A DNA stretch of 64,000 nt from Lingula anatina. Lineage: Eukaryota; Animalia; Brachiopoda. The stretch is taken from assembly GCA_051362555.1 (NCBI GenBank), contig CM120642.1, positions 33,542,001 through 33,606,000 of the forward strand, read 5' to 3'. Positions 1 to 14,304 of this stretch are shown one piece after another (the first letter of the stretch is position 1; every line of letters begins with the position of its first letter). A program made the position numbers and the translations under genes. The notes under the pieces were generated by a model. The model searched no databases and was not told the DNA's origin. It worked only from the letters and a program-made list of their open reading frames with translations.

Positions 1-1309
1 ACAAGTCTGGCAAAACCCCCAAAATCAACTTCAATTTAAATAGTGAGATCTTAGAAGTCACTAATGAATACACATACTTAGGAATCAAACTGAAGTCAAG
101 TGGATCATTCAAAAGTGCACTCAATGACCTTAAAGGCAAAGCAATGAAGCAATGAAAGCTAACTTTAAACAAACATTATCCTCCACAGCAAAAAGACTTG
201 TTCACCTTAGACTGAAACTGTTCGATACAATAATCAAACCCATCCTTCTATATGGCTGTGAAATTTGGGGATCTACTCTCATTGCTAAAAAACCCTAACT
301 CTATCAAATCTATGAACACATTCCCTTTTGAACATGTCCACGACAAATTCTGCAAATCACTACTGGGAATTCAACATAACAGCAGTAACATAGCAGCCAA
401 AGCAGAACTTGGCAGATTTCCACTTACACAAAGTGTACTTAAACAAACAGCAGCATACCTAAAACGATTTACAGAGGTCCCAGATAGACAACTTTTAAAA
501 AGGTATATCTAAGTGAAACCCTAGAAATAAAATCAAAGGGAAACTGGAGACAGAATATGGACACAATCTACCAAACTTTTTCCCCCAAACAGGCACAGTC
601 TCCAGATAGATAAAAATGAAATGAGCAAAGCTTTCGGCGACCACTACAAAATACTATTTTTTAAGGAACTAGAAAGAGAAAATGGACTACTAAGAACATG
701 TAACCTATACAAATCAACTTATGAAGCTGAAGAATATTTAAATGCCCCCCTAACAAAACAGGAACTCCAGAACCAGCAAAATTTAGAACCGGTGCCCATG
801 ACCTAGAAATACAGAGAGACAGATTTCAAAAACCCACGCCTCTACCGCCTGAAAAGAGAATATGTAGAGTTTGCAGACAAGGAGTAGAGAATGAAATACA
901 CTTCCTATTGTTATGTCCCCAATACCAAAACCAAAGAAAAATCTAAACCAACAATTAGCCCAAAACACAAACCATACTGAACAATCCAAATCACTAATGC
1001 AAAACAGAAATCATGACACAATACAAAATCTAGCTAGATACATAACAATATGTAACCAAGAAAGATCCGGTATTCTCTACCAGCCACCACCTACTAAATG
1101 AGAGAAATATATATGATATTTTAAGGTCAGTTATAATGTGAAAATACAAAATGTATCAAGTTGTATAATTTGCACCTCTGATAATGGATGTATTACAGCA
1201 CTTACTAGTACACTTAAGTATACACACTAAGTATTAATATATGGTACCTATGTAATTGTTTGGTCATAGCCTTTGTAAATTGTGCTAGAATAATAAAGAT
1301 TATTATAAA
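1..1309 (+). mobile_element. Decayed non-LTR retrotransposon (LINE, RTE-X/CR1-like) 3' portion of ORF2 and 3' UTR
   Basis: Hand translation across frameshifts gives post-RT motifs EVTNEYTYLGIKL..SGSF, LKLFDTIIKPILLYGCEIWG and FEHVHDKFCKSLLG..SNIAAKAELGRFPL. It ends in aataataaagattattataaa (~1289-1309). It lies in intron 1 of the left MCT copy and is absent from the equivalent intron of the second copy. Clade assignment is tentative. Confidence 0.8.
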
Positions 1310-1514
1310 CGAGGGAATGATATAACCCTGTAGGTGTATTTGTATTTATGTCTTCCTAACGTAGAGAGAAGCTATGCAAACGACGTTCAATTCTTCACTG
1401 AAAATCATTTTCACCAGCAATTTCTTTTTCTGTTCACTTTCAAGATCTGAAAATTAATCTACTAAAATCATTTAAATGAAACTTCAGTGGCTGCAAATAT
1501 TTTAAACGGCTTAC

Positions 1515-1653
1515 CTAGGGTGGCCTGGGACGAGGATCCCAGCACCTCGTCTTTGCTGAATGTCGTCACAAACACACCCCAACTCCTTTTAATGCCGTTG
1601 AAGGCAAGAAACAGGATAGATGTAAGCAGGACAATTAGCCAGCCGTAATACAT
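1515..1653 (-). CDS. Monocarboxylate transporter (SLC16/MFS)-like gene, copy 1, coding exon 1 (remainder lies left of the window)
   Basis: ATG at 1653, MYYGWLIVLLTSILFLAFNGIKRSWGVF matches the MCT TM1 GW motif, donor G|GTAAG at 1515/1514. Near-identical to 6579-6717 including flanks. Confidence 0.8.
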
Positions 1654-2909
1654 CTTCAACTACTGGAGCGATTACTTCATTAGTGTGCTAAAATCGGTTA
1701 GGCAGGTCGTGCAGCCGTGTGTTTGCTGTATAAACCAATGACTTTAGTTGCAAATATTGCACAGTGAGGGGCGCATGTCTGCGCATGTGTCACACTGTCA
1801 GTGGGTCGCGCGGTCTGCATCTGTCCTGTCAACATAGGGTTGCATTTCGAGTTACCTCTGTGGATTTTTAACAAACATTTTTGACCACAATATGCTACTA
1901 AACTAACATATTTATTCCTTTACTATAAAAGAACATAGCGGTATGTCATTCCATCACATAAATGGGGTTCAAGTTTGAAACCAGGCATCATATACCTAAA
2001 AATCAATATGTATATAAATCTGTATATAAATATATACAGTGTTGTGTTGCCTGTAATTACAATTCTTTGCACCATAATAATAAAAAATAAACAGTATAGA
2101 TATTCCACCTTCCTTTCCATTGCCGCCAAGTGAGTTACCAATTTAACATGAGACAAGCACCACCCTGTACCAAATAATTTCTTTTGATGTTCCCAAGGTT
2201 CACGTACCACACAAGTTATGTCAAGGACAAGGTAAATCTGAAAACCAGAAATGGGATTAAATTTTCTTTTTTTTCGTACAATAATGCCGTTTAATATTTT
2301 AAAATATTATTTAATAGTGAAGTCATACTAAGAATGATATCAACTCGCTTCACTCTGATATAATGTATCTTCATACATATGTATCTTCATACATAACGTT
2401 TTATACTGTAGCATTTAATCTGGGATATAAAAAGTCAAGTTACGCTAAACACGATAACAGACCAATTTACTCTGACATAATTTATTTTATACATTACGTT
2501 TAATGCTTGAGCATGTCATATAGGATATTTAAAAAAAAACGGTCTGGCATCTAAAAAACGACTGAAAACCGGTCACATCTCTGGCACTACGTTGACCTTC
2601 ACTTGTTTAACAAAATGTTTTATGTTTATATTTAACTAACATAACATGCGTTCATTTGGTTCAATATGTAGTTACAGTAATTTATTATCTGTCAAATGGC
2701 CACCAAGCCCAAAGCTTATTTTTGTATCTGTTCTTGTGTTGTTCAAGTCTTCAACAGAGCAAGTCGGGTCGCCTAAACGACCGCGTAAAATCTCCAATTA
2801 TCATGTATATTATACACTGAGTACACGATTTAATATTTTATATAAAACCTTTTGTGTAAAATATTTAAAAATATTATTCGGTGAGAATTGGCAGTGAAAT
2901 CGCGATGAT

Positions 2910-5900
2910 CTAATACCGACATTCTGACTTCGCTAATTTTCTTTGGACACTGTTTATGAAAATAATGACCGCAGTCAGGAGAGCGTTGACCAAGTACAAA
3001 GCCGCCATGGTTAAAAACGCTGACTTGTATGATCCGCTTATATCGTAAATAACACCTGAAACAAATACAAAGTTTATACCGTAGAATGTCTCTTTATCTT
3101 AACGCCTTTCTTTAGTAGATTCATTATTCATTATTTATTCTTATGTGTGTCAAACAGATATTCTAATAATAACTTATATTTTCTTGTGTCACTTTTATGT
3201 TAGCATTCCTTTCTGTTAAAAATAATTTGATTTTAATTTCCTGAGCGCATCGTCTTTTATCACTATCATGTTAATAAAATGATAAATTTTATTTTAATTT
3301 ATCATATCTTATATTGAAAAAGACTTATAACAATCATTCGCTACTAAATATCAATTATTGTGCATACTAAACATATACGGGGCCTTTCAGAATAGATTAA
3401 TCGAGTATAAACTGATCCGCCGACTAAATATGGCGGACCCCACTTCAAAAGTGACGCCGTTTATTCCATGATAGTCTCCCCGCCTCCCCGCTGCTGGGGT
3501 CAAGCAACTAAACCTCGGAGCCAAGATTTAATCCGTTTAATGGCGCGTGTGGAGGCGGGGAGACCATCAAGAATCATGGGCATCGCTTTTGAAGTGGGGT
3601 CGGCCATAGTAAGTACCCGGACCATCTATTCTAAATGGACCCTAAGAACATTTTAAGACAGTACCTGCCAGGAAAGGTCCTACAGCGGCCCCCAGTCCCA
3701 TACCAGACCTCAGTAGGACAAACAGTTTTGGGACGTCCTGACCACTGAGTACCTCACCACATGAGGCGTACCAAGCTGCTATGATAGGACCCTGGCCCAG
3801 ACCCAAAACTGGGGAAAATAAAGCAATAGAATATATAGAAACTTTAATGAGGAGAGGACGGTAAGTTTTTTTTTTTCTTCGAAATTAATTCATACTGATA
3901 ACAACTATTGTTTAACTTGATTACCACCAGATTTACTCAATAGGTGTAAGAGGGCTACGTGACAATTTATACAAAGGATGCATCGTGAATCAAAATTATC
4001 TGGAAATATTTCTTTGGTCACATATTTTGACTGATTTAATTATGTCAATTTGGGATTTCGATCATGTTTTCAACGACTGAGAGGGTAACACACCCAGCAA
4101 TGTTACTGAAGTTAAGCAATTCGAGTAAATGATATACTTACAAGTACTGTATATGAACATTCCCGTCAGTGTTGTCAAATATGAGGCGAGTACGTTATTG
4201 ATCATCAGTAAACTAGCACAGATCACGTAGATGTGGAGAATGTATCCCTTCAGGTGGTCGCCCATCAGAGACACGAGCAGACGACTTAAAAATCCCGCCA
4301 CGCCGTCCGCTGTCAAGCAGTGAGCGCCATCTGCAGGTGTGTATCCGAAACTTTCGACTTGCTTTACCTGGTATAAGTGGAATTGTTAGAGTGTCAATGA
4401 ATGGAGCGTATCCAGAAAGATGACTTTGCGGTTGGACATTTCGAAGATGGTTTAACGGATTATGGTAAGACATAGATTACCGGATTATGGTAACACATAG
4501 ATTACATATAAATGCTAAACGTACGATACTAATGCCAATGTCATATTCACATTGCTAATCAGTGGTACACTCGGTTTAATTTTTTAAAATTAGGTATTTT
4601 GTTAAAACTAAGTATTTCATCTATACTTCCCCTTAACGCTTCCTTACCAAAATTGCATAGGATATCGTTTGACATATACCCTTGCTGAGGTAGACGACAA
4701 ACCACGTCACCATGACAACGACGCGAACCTGCTTACTCCATCTTATTTCAATAGATGGCGACACTTTCTGCTTTGGGAAAAGGGGAGATTCTGATTGTAT
4801 TGCTGATTGTAACACGTCCCTAGTTGGTTTCTGTAACGTGTGGATTGATATGAAGGCCCAAAAAGCGTAAAAGGACGCTAAAACGAGATACCCGTATCTC
4901 CACCCGATTGTTTGATGGAGCCACTGTATTAAGTTTCCAAAAATGACAGTGCCTAAAACAAAAGAAAATAAATATATAGAACGACTGGAACTTGGTCCGG
5001 TGATGGGGGCCATGCAATACCATCTCAAAATGAAATGATTTAGTCTATCCGAGTACGTCTGAATGTCTGTGTGTGCATGTTTCTGTCTGTTCGTCTGTTT
5101 GATTGTATGGATGTACACGGACTGCATGCATATGTGCATGTGTAGTTATGTGAATTGTTGTATGATTTTTTAGTTAATGTGTCTTTAAGGCACATTCCTT
5201 TTCATTTTGAACTTGCAATAGCTTTATGTTGTCCGTTCTGTGAGTATTTTATTACATGTAGATATATACACACCTAAAGGCATTGTAACCATGGACCAGC
5301 TGGTGCTCATCACGTGATATCTGTGTTCCCATGGGAACCAGTCAGCTACGATAAAGAATAAAGGCGAAACAAGGATGTTCATCCCGAGGCCGTACAAGAC
5401 TCCATAGGAAAATATCAGGTACAGCGCACTGGGGGCAAGTGAAGAGAGACTGAGTCCTAATACCACCAGCAGCGTCCCCGTGAACGCTGCAATCCTGTAG
5501 CCACAGTGATCTGATGTGACTTTGCCAATGAAGCTGGTGGTACTGCAGCATAGGAAGAACACTGATTGGATAACACCTTGAAAACAAAATTAATAGTTTA
5601 AATATACTTATAGACAAGATAAGACAATAGTATAGGATATTACATACAAAATAACGCACGTTATTAAAGTGAAACAAAAATATGTTCAGTATGTTATAAG
5701 TTACTTTTATGAAAGCGCAGTGCACGGAAATCACTTCACAGAAGACAATTTCAGCTTCGCACTTTTCATGCCACACTTTCAGTGTGATTACACAATGAAT
5801 TCCTTCATGTTGATTTTAGTGAAAAAGCTGTAGCAGGAATATAGTCCTTTAAGAAAGGTAGTCCCTTTTCCATTACTTTCTACAGGTGAAATTCGCCCCA

Positions 5901-6717
5901 TTTACTGACCCCAATACTGCACTAATCACTAGAGACTCCAGACTCCCATTCCATTTGGAGAACCTCCGCCCCCCCCCCCCCAATGCTACATGTACCCCAA
6001 CTGGTGGCCACTGCGTTAATATAAAAGGGTGTTTTAACAATGATGACCATAAGCCTGACCGCAGGCAAATATAATTTTAATAAGTGGTAATTCATGACGA
6101 TTGTCATGTTAATAATTTATTATGATTTATTTGACACTTAATATGAGAAGAAAGCGTCAAAGAAGAATATTTAATACGGACGCAGTGGTGAAATGTGAAC
6201 TAGCCAAACCTGTGTGATATTTGTCACCACTTTATTAGGTATTGAACAGCGTCCCTGGGGTGGATTAAAACAAACTGGGCATTTGGCATCAAGATACTCT
6301 CTCTTTCTCTCTGTGTGTGTGTGTGTGTGTGTGCGTGTGCTTTGTTTCATCATAAATTTTCCGATATAGTATGCACGTCCCTGGTTAAAATAGTCAGGTG
6401 TATTTGTATCAATGTCCATCTAACGTAAAGAGAAGGTGTGCAAACGACGTTCAATTCTTCACTGAAAATCATTTTCACCAGCAATTTCTTTTTCTGTTCA
6501 CTTTCAAGATCTAAAAATTAAGCGACTAAAATAATTTAAATGAAGCCTCAGTGGCTGCAAATATTTTAAACGGCTTACCTAGGGTGGCCTGGGACGAGGA
6601 TCCCAGCACCGCGTCTCTGCTGAACGTCGTCACAAACACACCCCAACTCATTTTAATGCCGTTGAAGGTAAGGCACAGGATAGATGTAAGCAGGACAATT
6701 AGCCAGCCGTAATACAT
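2910..6717 (-). CDS. Monocarboxylate transporter (SLC16/MFS)-like gene, copy 2, complete, 6 exons, ~420 aa
   Basis: Exons 6717-6579, 5576-5274, 4952-4648, 4367-4142, 3808-3665, 3055-2910. All introns are GT-AG, phases agree, total 1263 nt ending in TAG. Motifs: GYRIAAFTG, YLIFSYGVLYGLG, IGWRYGYL, GPFLAGVIYDISGSYKSAF. Confidence 0.9.
3379..3641. mobile_element. Non-autonomous DNA transposon (MITE) in MCT intron 5
   Basis: Terminal inverted repeats gggcctttcagaataga / tctattctaaatggaccc and internal inverted pair tatggcggaccccacttcaaaagtgacgcc / ggcatcgcttttgaagtggggtcggccata. A partial related copy lies at ~10300-10435. Confidence 0.75.
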
Positions 6718-8298
6718 CTTCAACTACTGGAGCGATTACTTCATTAGTATGCTAAAATCGGTTAGGCAGGTCGTGCAGCCGTGTAATTGCAGTAGAAACC
6801 AATGACTGGAGTTGCAAATATTACTAAGCACGTGTCACACTGTCAGTCAGTCGCGCGGTCTGCGTTTGTCCTGCCAGCATGGGGTTACATTTCAAGTTAG
6901 TTGGTGCGTAGTCAGGCGCGAGTTATTTCAAACACATACAAATCCAGATTATGTAATACATCTGAGGATTTTGACCTAATAAGTACGATTGCCTGTCCTT
7001 CCATATCTCACACTGCACAAGATAGAACAAGTAATCATACTTGAAGCGTTCGAGGGGATTGCCTTTATTTTATACATTTTTTTGTCGCAAATTTCTTTTA
7101 AGAGCCAAAGGAATGCGCCGCTATGGTGTGGGTATAATTCCACTGTCCTGTTGTTCGGTCGCCATTGTTGATGTAAGACTTAGACAAATAAAGCAAAGCC
7201 CAGGTTTAAGTAAATACCCGCTTCACCAATTTCTTCACCAAGTTATGAATTAGGTCTCTCTTTTCTCGAAGATATGAAAAACACTATATATGCATATGAG
7301 GAGGCTTTGAAACTTTACAAGATACAGCACCGCTATAATTTCCCTGCTACATAACCCTGTAGCCGGCCAAACTTTTTTGTTTTGCGAATGAGCCGCAAAA
7401 TTAACAAAAATAAAAAATACGAAAGCCCGACGCTTTTATATCTAATTTCATAATTATTATTACTATTTCTCAGAAACAAAATTGACTGACTATGAGCTTA
7501 ATGACTCCCCTATTTAACAAAATTGTGTTCGTTACTATAACAACAAGCATTTAAAATCAGGGGAAAATCAGGTTTGTGAGTAAATCCAAGCACTATATAA
7601 TCGGGCAATAAAGACGGGTCTCAATGTTGAGCCATGTTCCAGAACATTTGATTCTAACAACCACACGTGATTAATATGGGAAATGACATTTTATCTACAC
7701 GTACATAAAGTTGATATTTGTAGACATGTGAGAGATTTCTTCACTTGTACCATGGGAGCTTTGACCAAGCAGAAAATGTGTGCAATACGCATCAGCATTA
7801 CTGTATTCTGAATCGTTCATCCAGCAAATATTGCAAAGACTTTACCACGCAGCCCAGCATAAGAGCAGACCTATCTTCACATCAGTGGCGTCAGCATGCT
7901 TAAATAGCAGTCCAAAGTACGACCGAAGTTTAAGCGGCCGCGCATGCCCAGTTCACTGTGGATATGCATGCGCTGTAGGGGAAATCCCCCCGACCTCTCA
8001 TCGCATCAGTCTGCTTTTTTATTTGTTCATTTATTTATTTTTCTTTTTTGCGGTTGTTGATACTACATCAGGAACTGTAGTCTGCGGCCTGCAAGTCGGA
8101 GCTTTATTCTTCTGAGACAAAAAGTTAAAAGCATCACATATCTACTGTACGTGACATCATGCAGATATGGGGGGCCCATAATTTTAAATTTTCCTCTTAC
8201 ACTAGTCTCTTTATAATGTATAGGACTAGCTACTAGTACGCATTCAGTTACGTCATACCCATGACGTAATACACCATGCCGACGTAATACGTGTCCTG

Positions 8299-8994
8299 GC
8301 CCCCGTTTCACAAAGAATCTTAATTCCGTAGTCGACTAGCTCGGGCTGGGTGACCTTGCTAGGTCGACTACGCTGAAGTCGACTAGGAGTGTTTCACAAA
8401 GAATCTAACGTCTTAGCTTGGCGTGCTTACCAAAGTCGACGCGCTCGAGAAACTCTTCAGGAGGAGGTGTAAAATTCCAAAAGTTTCACAAGACATGACG
8501 TTTGATGGCCTCTTTCGGCCGAGAACGATCGTTTATCAACAATAAAAATCAGACAAAACACAAACAAAGTTTGTTTTTGAACTTTATTGATTAGTTTAAC
8601 TTCAATACAACTTCTATACAACGGACGTCTAGCGGTCAAAAACATAAACAAACACGCAATCGGCTGGGTAAAGTGGCATTTTATTTTTTATTTCAATATT
8701 CCATAAATGTCAGTGCTATTCAAGGGTATTATAACACAATATCTTGAAGGAGGTGTGTTCTTTCCAAATTTTTGTTGTTTATGCTCTCATTTACCGAGTT
8801 TTAGTTGGGCTTGCCGACTTAAGTCTCCTCCCGAGGAGGCTTGAAATCGTCGACTAGCAGCTAAGAAAAAAATGACGTAAGCGACCTTTTAGATTCTTTG
8901 TGAAACGGGACTTAGTGACGTAACGACTTAATTACGTTGGTAACCAAGCTCTAAGTCAGGGAAACCAACTTAAGTTTTTTTGTGAAACGGGGGC
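8299..8994. mobile_element. PIF/Harbinger-like MITE with 3-bp TSD (CTG)
   Basis: TIR GCCCCCGTTTCACAAA / TTTGTGAAACGGGGGC, flanked by CTG at 8296-8298 and 8995-8997. Subterminal repeats of tttcacaaagaatct. The paralogous empty site with a single CTG is at 20458-20460. Confidence 0.85.
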
Positions 8995-9155
8995 CTGAAT
9001 TACTGCATATGTTTCATCACAGTCAAATAACACTGAACGCACTCAATGCGTCATTTTTCGTTAACTCAATGTTTTGTTTAACACAGTTGAATGAACACAA
9101 GAAGTCATTTAATAGGTTGAACTATTTGGAAGAATTAAGTCTTTTAGGTTTGGTA

Positions 9156-10597
9156 CTAGCCCTGGCAAATCAGTGGTCCTATTGTATGATAGCCTTGTTC
9201 CTCTCCCTGACCTGTGTCTCCAAACTTTACAATAGACACTGGCAGATAATCCGACTGAGTGATGTTACCTTCGTCTAATCGCCAGACGAAGTCATTTGAG
9301 TCGCAGTTGCATACTAAGAAAGGAATATGCAATATGAATACGATGTAACCTATGCATATTTTACTAGGTGTACTAGCTGTATATGGTATAGTTTATTATT
9401 TCATTCTGAGAACTTAAGGAAATATCACCCAGGCAAACATGCACGAAGTAGAAATGAGCAATATTAGAAAAACTGTTTCGGTGTATTTGTCAAAACGAGT
9501 ACATGTACCTGTATGTCAAAGTTACTGACCTTCTGTAGGGTCTGCGCAAGAACCATCCATTGCGCATACACAATTGTTAAGGGCACCCTCTGGATCCCCG
9601 CCCGCCCAAAATGGCGCCTGTTGTCCGTGCCGATCATACCAGGCAGCCTTATTTCTTATGAACGACCCGTAGCATTCGTACTTGATGTATTGATTGCAGT
9701 TAGTAGCAACGATATCTACATAGGCAGCTATTTGATCCGTATTCACTGAAACATGGAGCGAAAGTCAAACATTTTGGTCTTAAAATTGTAAAGATAAATT
9801 CAATTTTGAATTACGACTCGCGGGAAGAGCTTTTATTCAATATGCAAAACTGACTGTAAATAACCATACAACGGCTGCAACTCCCGTTGTTATTGAACAA
9901 TGGAACATGCAAGTATAGTCGTCATAAAACCTCACAAGTATTAACCGATTTTTACCTTTGGTACTAGTACATGTAGACTGAAAACTGAAAATTTTGTTCT
10001 AAAGGCTCTGTCACACTAAGCGTATAGAGATTCGCCTGAATACCGCATGGCAGATCAATTAAATGCACATACTGTATTTGAACGTATGAAAACACCTGTT
10101 TTTTTGCGTATTAGAATGAACATGGCAGTGTATGGAATTGTTTTTGAACAAGTTAAAAAATCTAAGTATGCAAACGTACACCAACGTCTGACGGCGTACT
10201 CGAGACGTATACGACAGAAGTCTTAGGAACCCCTTGTGTCTCTGGTTATGGGCAGCTTTTCTCCTACTGGTACGTTATTACTAAAGTTAATACCCTATAG
10301 GGCGCATTTAGAACAATTTGATCCGTGGTCGTACAGATCTGCGGGCTAAATATGGCTGATCCACTTAAAAGCGATGCCGAAAAATTCCCTGATGATTTCC
10401 TCGCCTCCACACGCGCCATTAAAAGGATCTAATATTCGTATATAGTTGCGTTAAATCGAATATACCTACTTGTGCATATAAGAATTGGATTATGGTGCAC
10501 AAAACTTGAAATGGTTTCAAACAAAAGTGGAATTAATTATGATTTCATGCTATAATACAACTAAGGTTGAATGATTAAATAAAGTGCAGCATTTTGC

Positions 10598-10662
<65 letters not shown>

Positions 10663-13600
10663 CAGCAATACTTACAGCCGTAAGACAAATCTACCGAATA
10701 GGACAAAGCCGGATCATAGCCCATCACGTGTGTCCTGTCTTCATAATCATGGTGAAAGGTCACAGTGGGTAGTGTAGTTGACATATCACAATACACCTCG
10801 AAAGCAGCCACACCTCCACCGCCATCTGGGTCAACCCAATAGACGCCGCTTGTGCTATTAAACCGTTTCCATTCTGTGCAAGAGGGCAAAGCTAAGAAAC
10901 AGGAAGATTCCACGTGTAAGTTTTCCAGAACAAACAAACATGTTGGGATTGGAACGTTTAGAAACGTTTATCCACTACACAAAACTTAAAAGTTATTCAA
11001 GTATGCTACACGTATTACACATTGTACCTGTAGTTGTCTTTTAGTGTCACCATTACATGCACATTGCATTACATTGCATAGTGCGTGAACAATAAAGGTG
11101 TAACTTAGACGCCCGACTTTGTTTTTGGTTCAAATGTACGACAGCAGTAACATATTGAAATTCAACTAAATCGGAATGATTTCCTGAGCAATTATATAGT
11201 GAATGTCCTAACACCCGACTTCAACTTAGAAAAATATGGGGTTTCTTTCTTGTAATATGGGGTTATTTTCCTCTTAAATGGCAAGATATACGGCGCTTAA
11301 AGCGATAATAACTCTTCCTTTGAGATTCAAAATTCCGCAAGAAATACGTTCTAAACAACACATGGAAATATATTATATTGCATTTCACCACTAAAACGGC
11401 TGTTATTGTAGTAAAATTAAAAACTGTGCTTGTCAATAGGGCTTTCGGTGCCTTTCTTCCCGGTCGTCAAGGCATCCGTTGCCAAGGATGTTGGCGCATC
11501 ACGAGGATTCATGTGGCGGGATAAGATATAGCAGGTGCATTACACAATCCTCAGACGTTAGTTGCGAGTTTTTGTACAGTGTGTCGGATAACGAAAAGCC
11601 CAGAACTGCACAGGTTGTAGATATACATGCATTCTGAGCAATAAGACGATTATATCGTATGAATCTTATTTTATTGTAATAAACTGTTGTTGTTGTCTGC
11701 TTTTCCCGCGGTTTTAAGTAGATCATCAGATTTCGCGTGACTATGCCATGTCAGAGAGGGCTCCATCAGTTAAAATATCTTAAGAGAATTTAACAAAAAA
11801 CCAAGCGTTTAGGAAAAAACCCTGGACTAACTTTGAATGCAGGAATGGGGTCGTTGACCATTGGTAAGTACTAGAAAATTGTCGTTTACGCCAGGAAAAT
11901 CCCATTTTTGGCCAAAACGAAGAGTTATTATGACTTTAATAACAGTGAATCACATAAAGACAGATAATGAGAGAAATGTTATAATTAATATTAAATGAAA
12001 GTTTACCAGGTTGACATTCCAATGGCCCAATGGTATAATAGCCATATTCATCTGCGTTCCCCGTGTCACCATTGAAGAAAGCTTCAATTGGGAGCAAGGA
12101 CTTGTCTGTGAAATATCCCTCGTCTTCCCTCAACACATGATCGTTCTTGTTACAGTTGCAATCACTTCTGCCGTCTGAATTAAACATGATTGACCTTGTT
12201 GAACACATTGTCTATACGTTATTTCAAGCAAAACCATAAAACAAAATGTACGTGAGGAAGAACATAAACTACGGCATAGAAAAATAATAGATAAGAACTT
12301 ACCGACACAGTTTCCAGCAACTCCACAAGCACACGAATTCGCAATATTACCACCAGCCCAATACGGGATTCTTGTACCACCTGAATAAAACCAATTTTAA
12401 GCCACAATGTTATATATATATATATATATATATATTATTATTATTTCAACGAAAAAAGTCATTGTTTGAAATGGTTTTGCGCGTCATTGGTTTTACTCAT
12501 TTTAAAGTGATATCGAAGATATCGCCTAAGTTGCATTTGCCTTGCGAGATCGGTACAGTACCTGTATACAACGGTACACCTAATGGAAGTTAAAGTTGTG
12601 TGTATTTTATTCTGTCCACGTGGATGCTACAAATCGTATGCTTAGGACCCTATATAATATTGGCTCAATATCCTATAAAGCCCCAAAGGATAATGCCTGA
12701 GATAGACGCCGTCCGTTAGGCTATTGAACTAAGACATTACCTCTGTCAGTAACGTAGTTGCAATTTCCAAGATTTTTTGCACTTTTGCACCTCCACTTGG
12801 CATACTGGGAGCACGTGGCAATGGTGTCCACGAAAGGCGTCACCTGGGTAGAAATATCTATACCTAAATAGTTCATAGTCTGGCTCCAACTCCCACAGGC
12901 CTCATGACCCTAGAATATAGAATACAATACACGACGCATGTCAAAAGTTTGCTACTATACAGATTCACATTTCTTCATTGATATACACACTTGTACGGAT
13001 ATACACAACTTAGTACATCGTGACTCATGATTATGCGTATGTATAAAAACATGTTAGGTGATAGGTTACATGTACATGGAACTAACTGCTATTTTGTTCA
13101 TTAAACACGACGTTTTTGTACCTTACCGAGTCTGTTGTGATAACTACAATTATACATTACCAAAATCTGACTTGACTCTTCCATATCTCTAGTGTGATGA
13201 ATGATTGTCTTCCCAGGTGGCGTGGTAGTCATGTCGCACTCTACCAAGAAAGGCCCAACACCATAGTTGGCTCCGTCAGGGTCGATTTCAAACTGACCGC
13301 TGTACCGAAATCCATGTATGTAGTACTCATAGCACGAACTCATAATGGCTGTAAAATTAAAGCAAATCATGGCGACAGCTTGGAATGTAAGACTCATTTG
13401 TGTTGTCTAGTTATGCTCCACATTTTTCACAAACTCCATTTGTATACGGCATAGAATGTGCTTTGATCTTTTAAAGACACACGCAAAGATACAAATCACC
13501 AATACGGGTATCAGTTCCTTAAACGAATTATATATTATTATTTAATTGAATAGGTCCATATTCCGCCGCAGGGCCACCAAACAAAGAGTCAGCAGAATCA

Positions 13601-14271
13601 AGGAATTTTTCACAGCGGAAAATTATACTTACAAACACATTTGTGAGTTATCTCCAAATATTTCCCTTGCCCAGGGCATGGATCACCAAACACTCCACTA
13701 CTTGAACTGACTGTACAGCTAGTACGCTGCTGACACAGGTCCTTCACGACTTTAATAGTAGCTATCTGATCTGCCCTGCAGTCAATGCTCTCCTGCCCGA
13801 AGAATACATTCAGAATGTCTATCCAGGTCCCAGTAGGGCAGGACAGAGAGACGGAGCTGCCCTCATTTATCTGGCTTGTAGTGGTGTAACCTTGAAAAGC
13901 CAAACAGTGGTTTCAGAACTGATGCGTGTGCTGACTTGGTATAAGCATGGTATTTCATATGTTTTGATATCATTTCATGTTAACGTTTGTGCATAATTAT
14001 AATATAGATAAAGTGAATAAATGAATAAGTTAGTACATGGAATTTTTTGCTGCTAAATTTACCCGCCATTATATTTTACAAGTAAAACCAGAGAAAACTG
14101 CCATGTTGACGGCAAAGAGCTACGTGGCAATACCTTTTTTCACTGGGATTCATTGGCCTAAAGGTAAGTAAGCACACATATCATGTTGGGACCATATCTT
14201 TAGCACACACCTGACATACATAACGTGCTCATTAGACTACATGGGTGTGTTTTCAATTGGTTTATGCGTGC

Positions 14272-14304
<33 letters not shown>

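Noticed and set aside
7780-8115. GC-richer patch with gcgcatgc motifs as a promoter or ncRNA
   Set aside because: No recognisable RNA structure, gene start or element termini could be tied to it from sequence alone.
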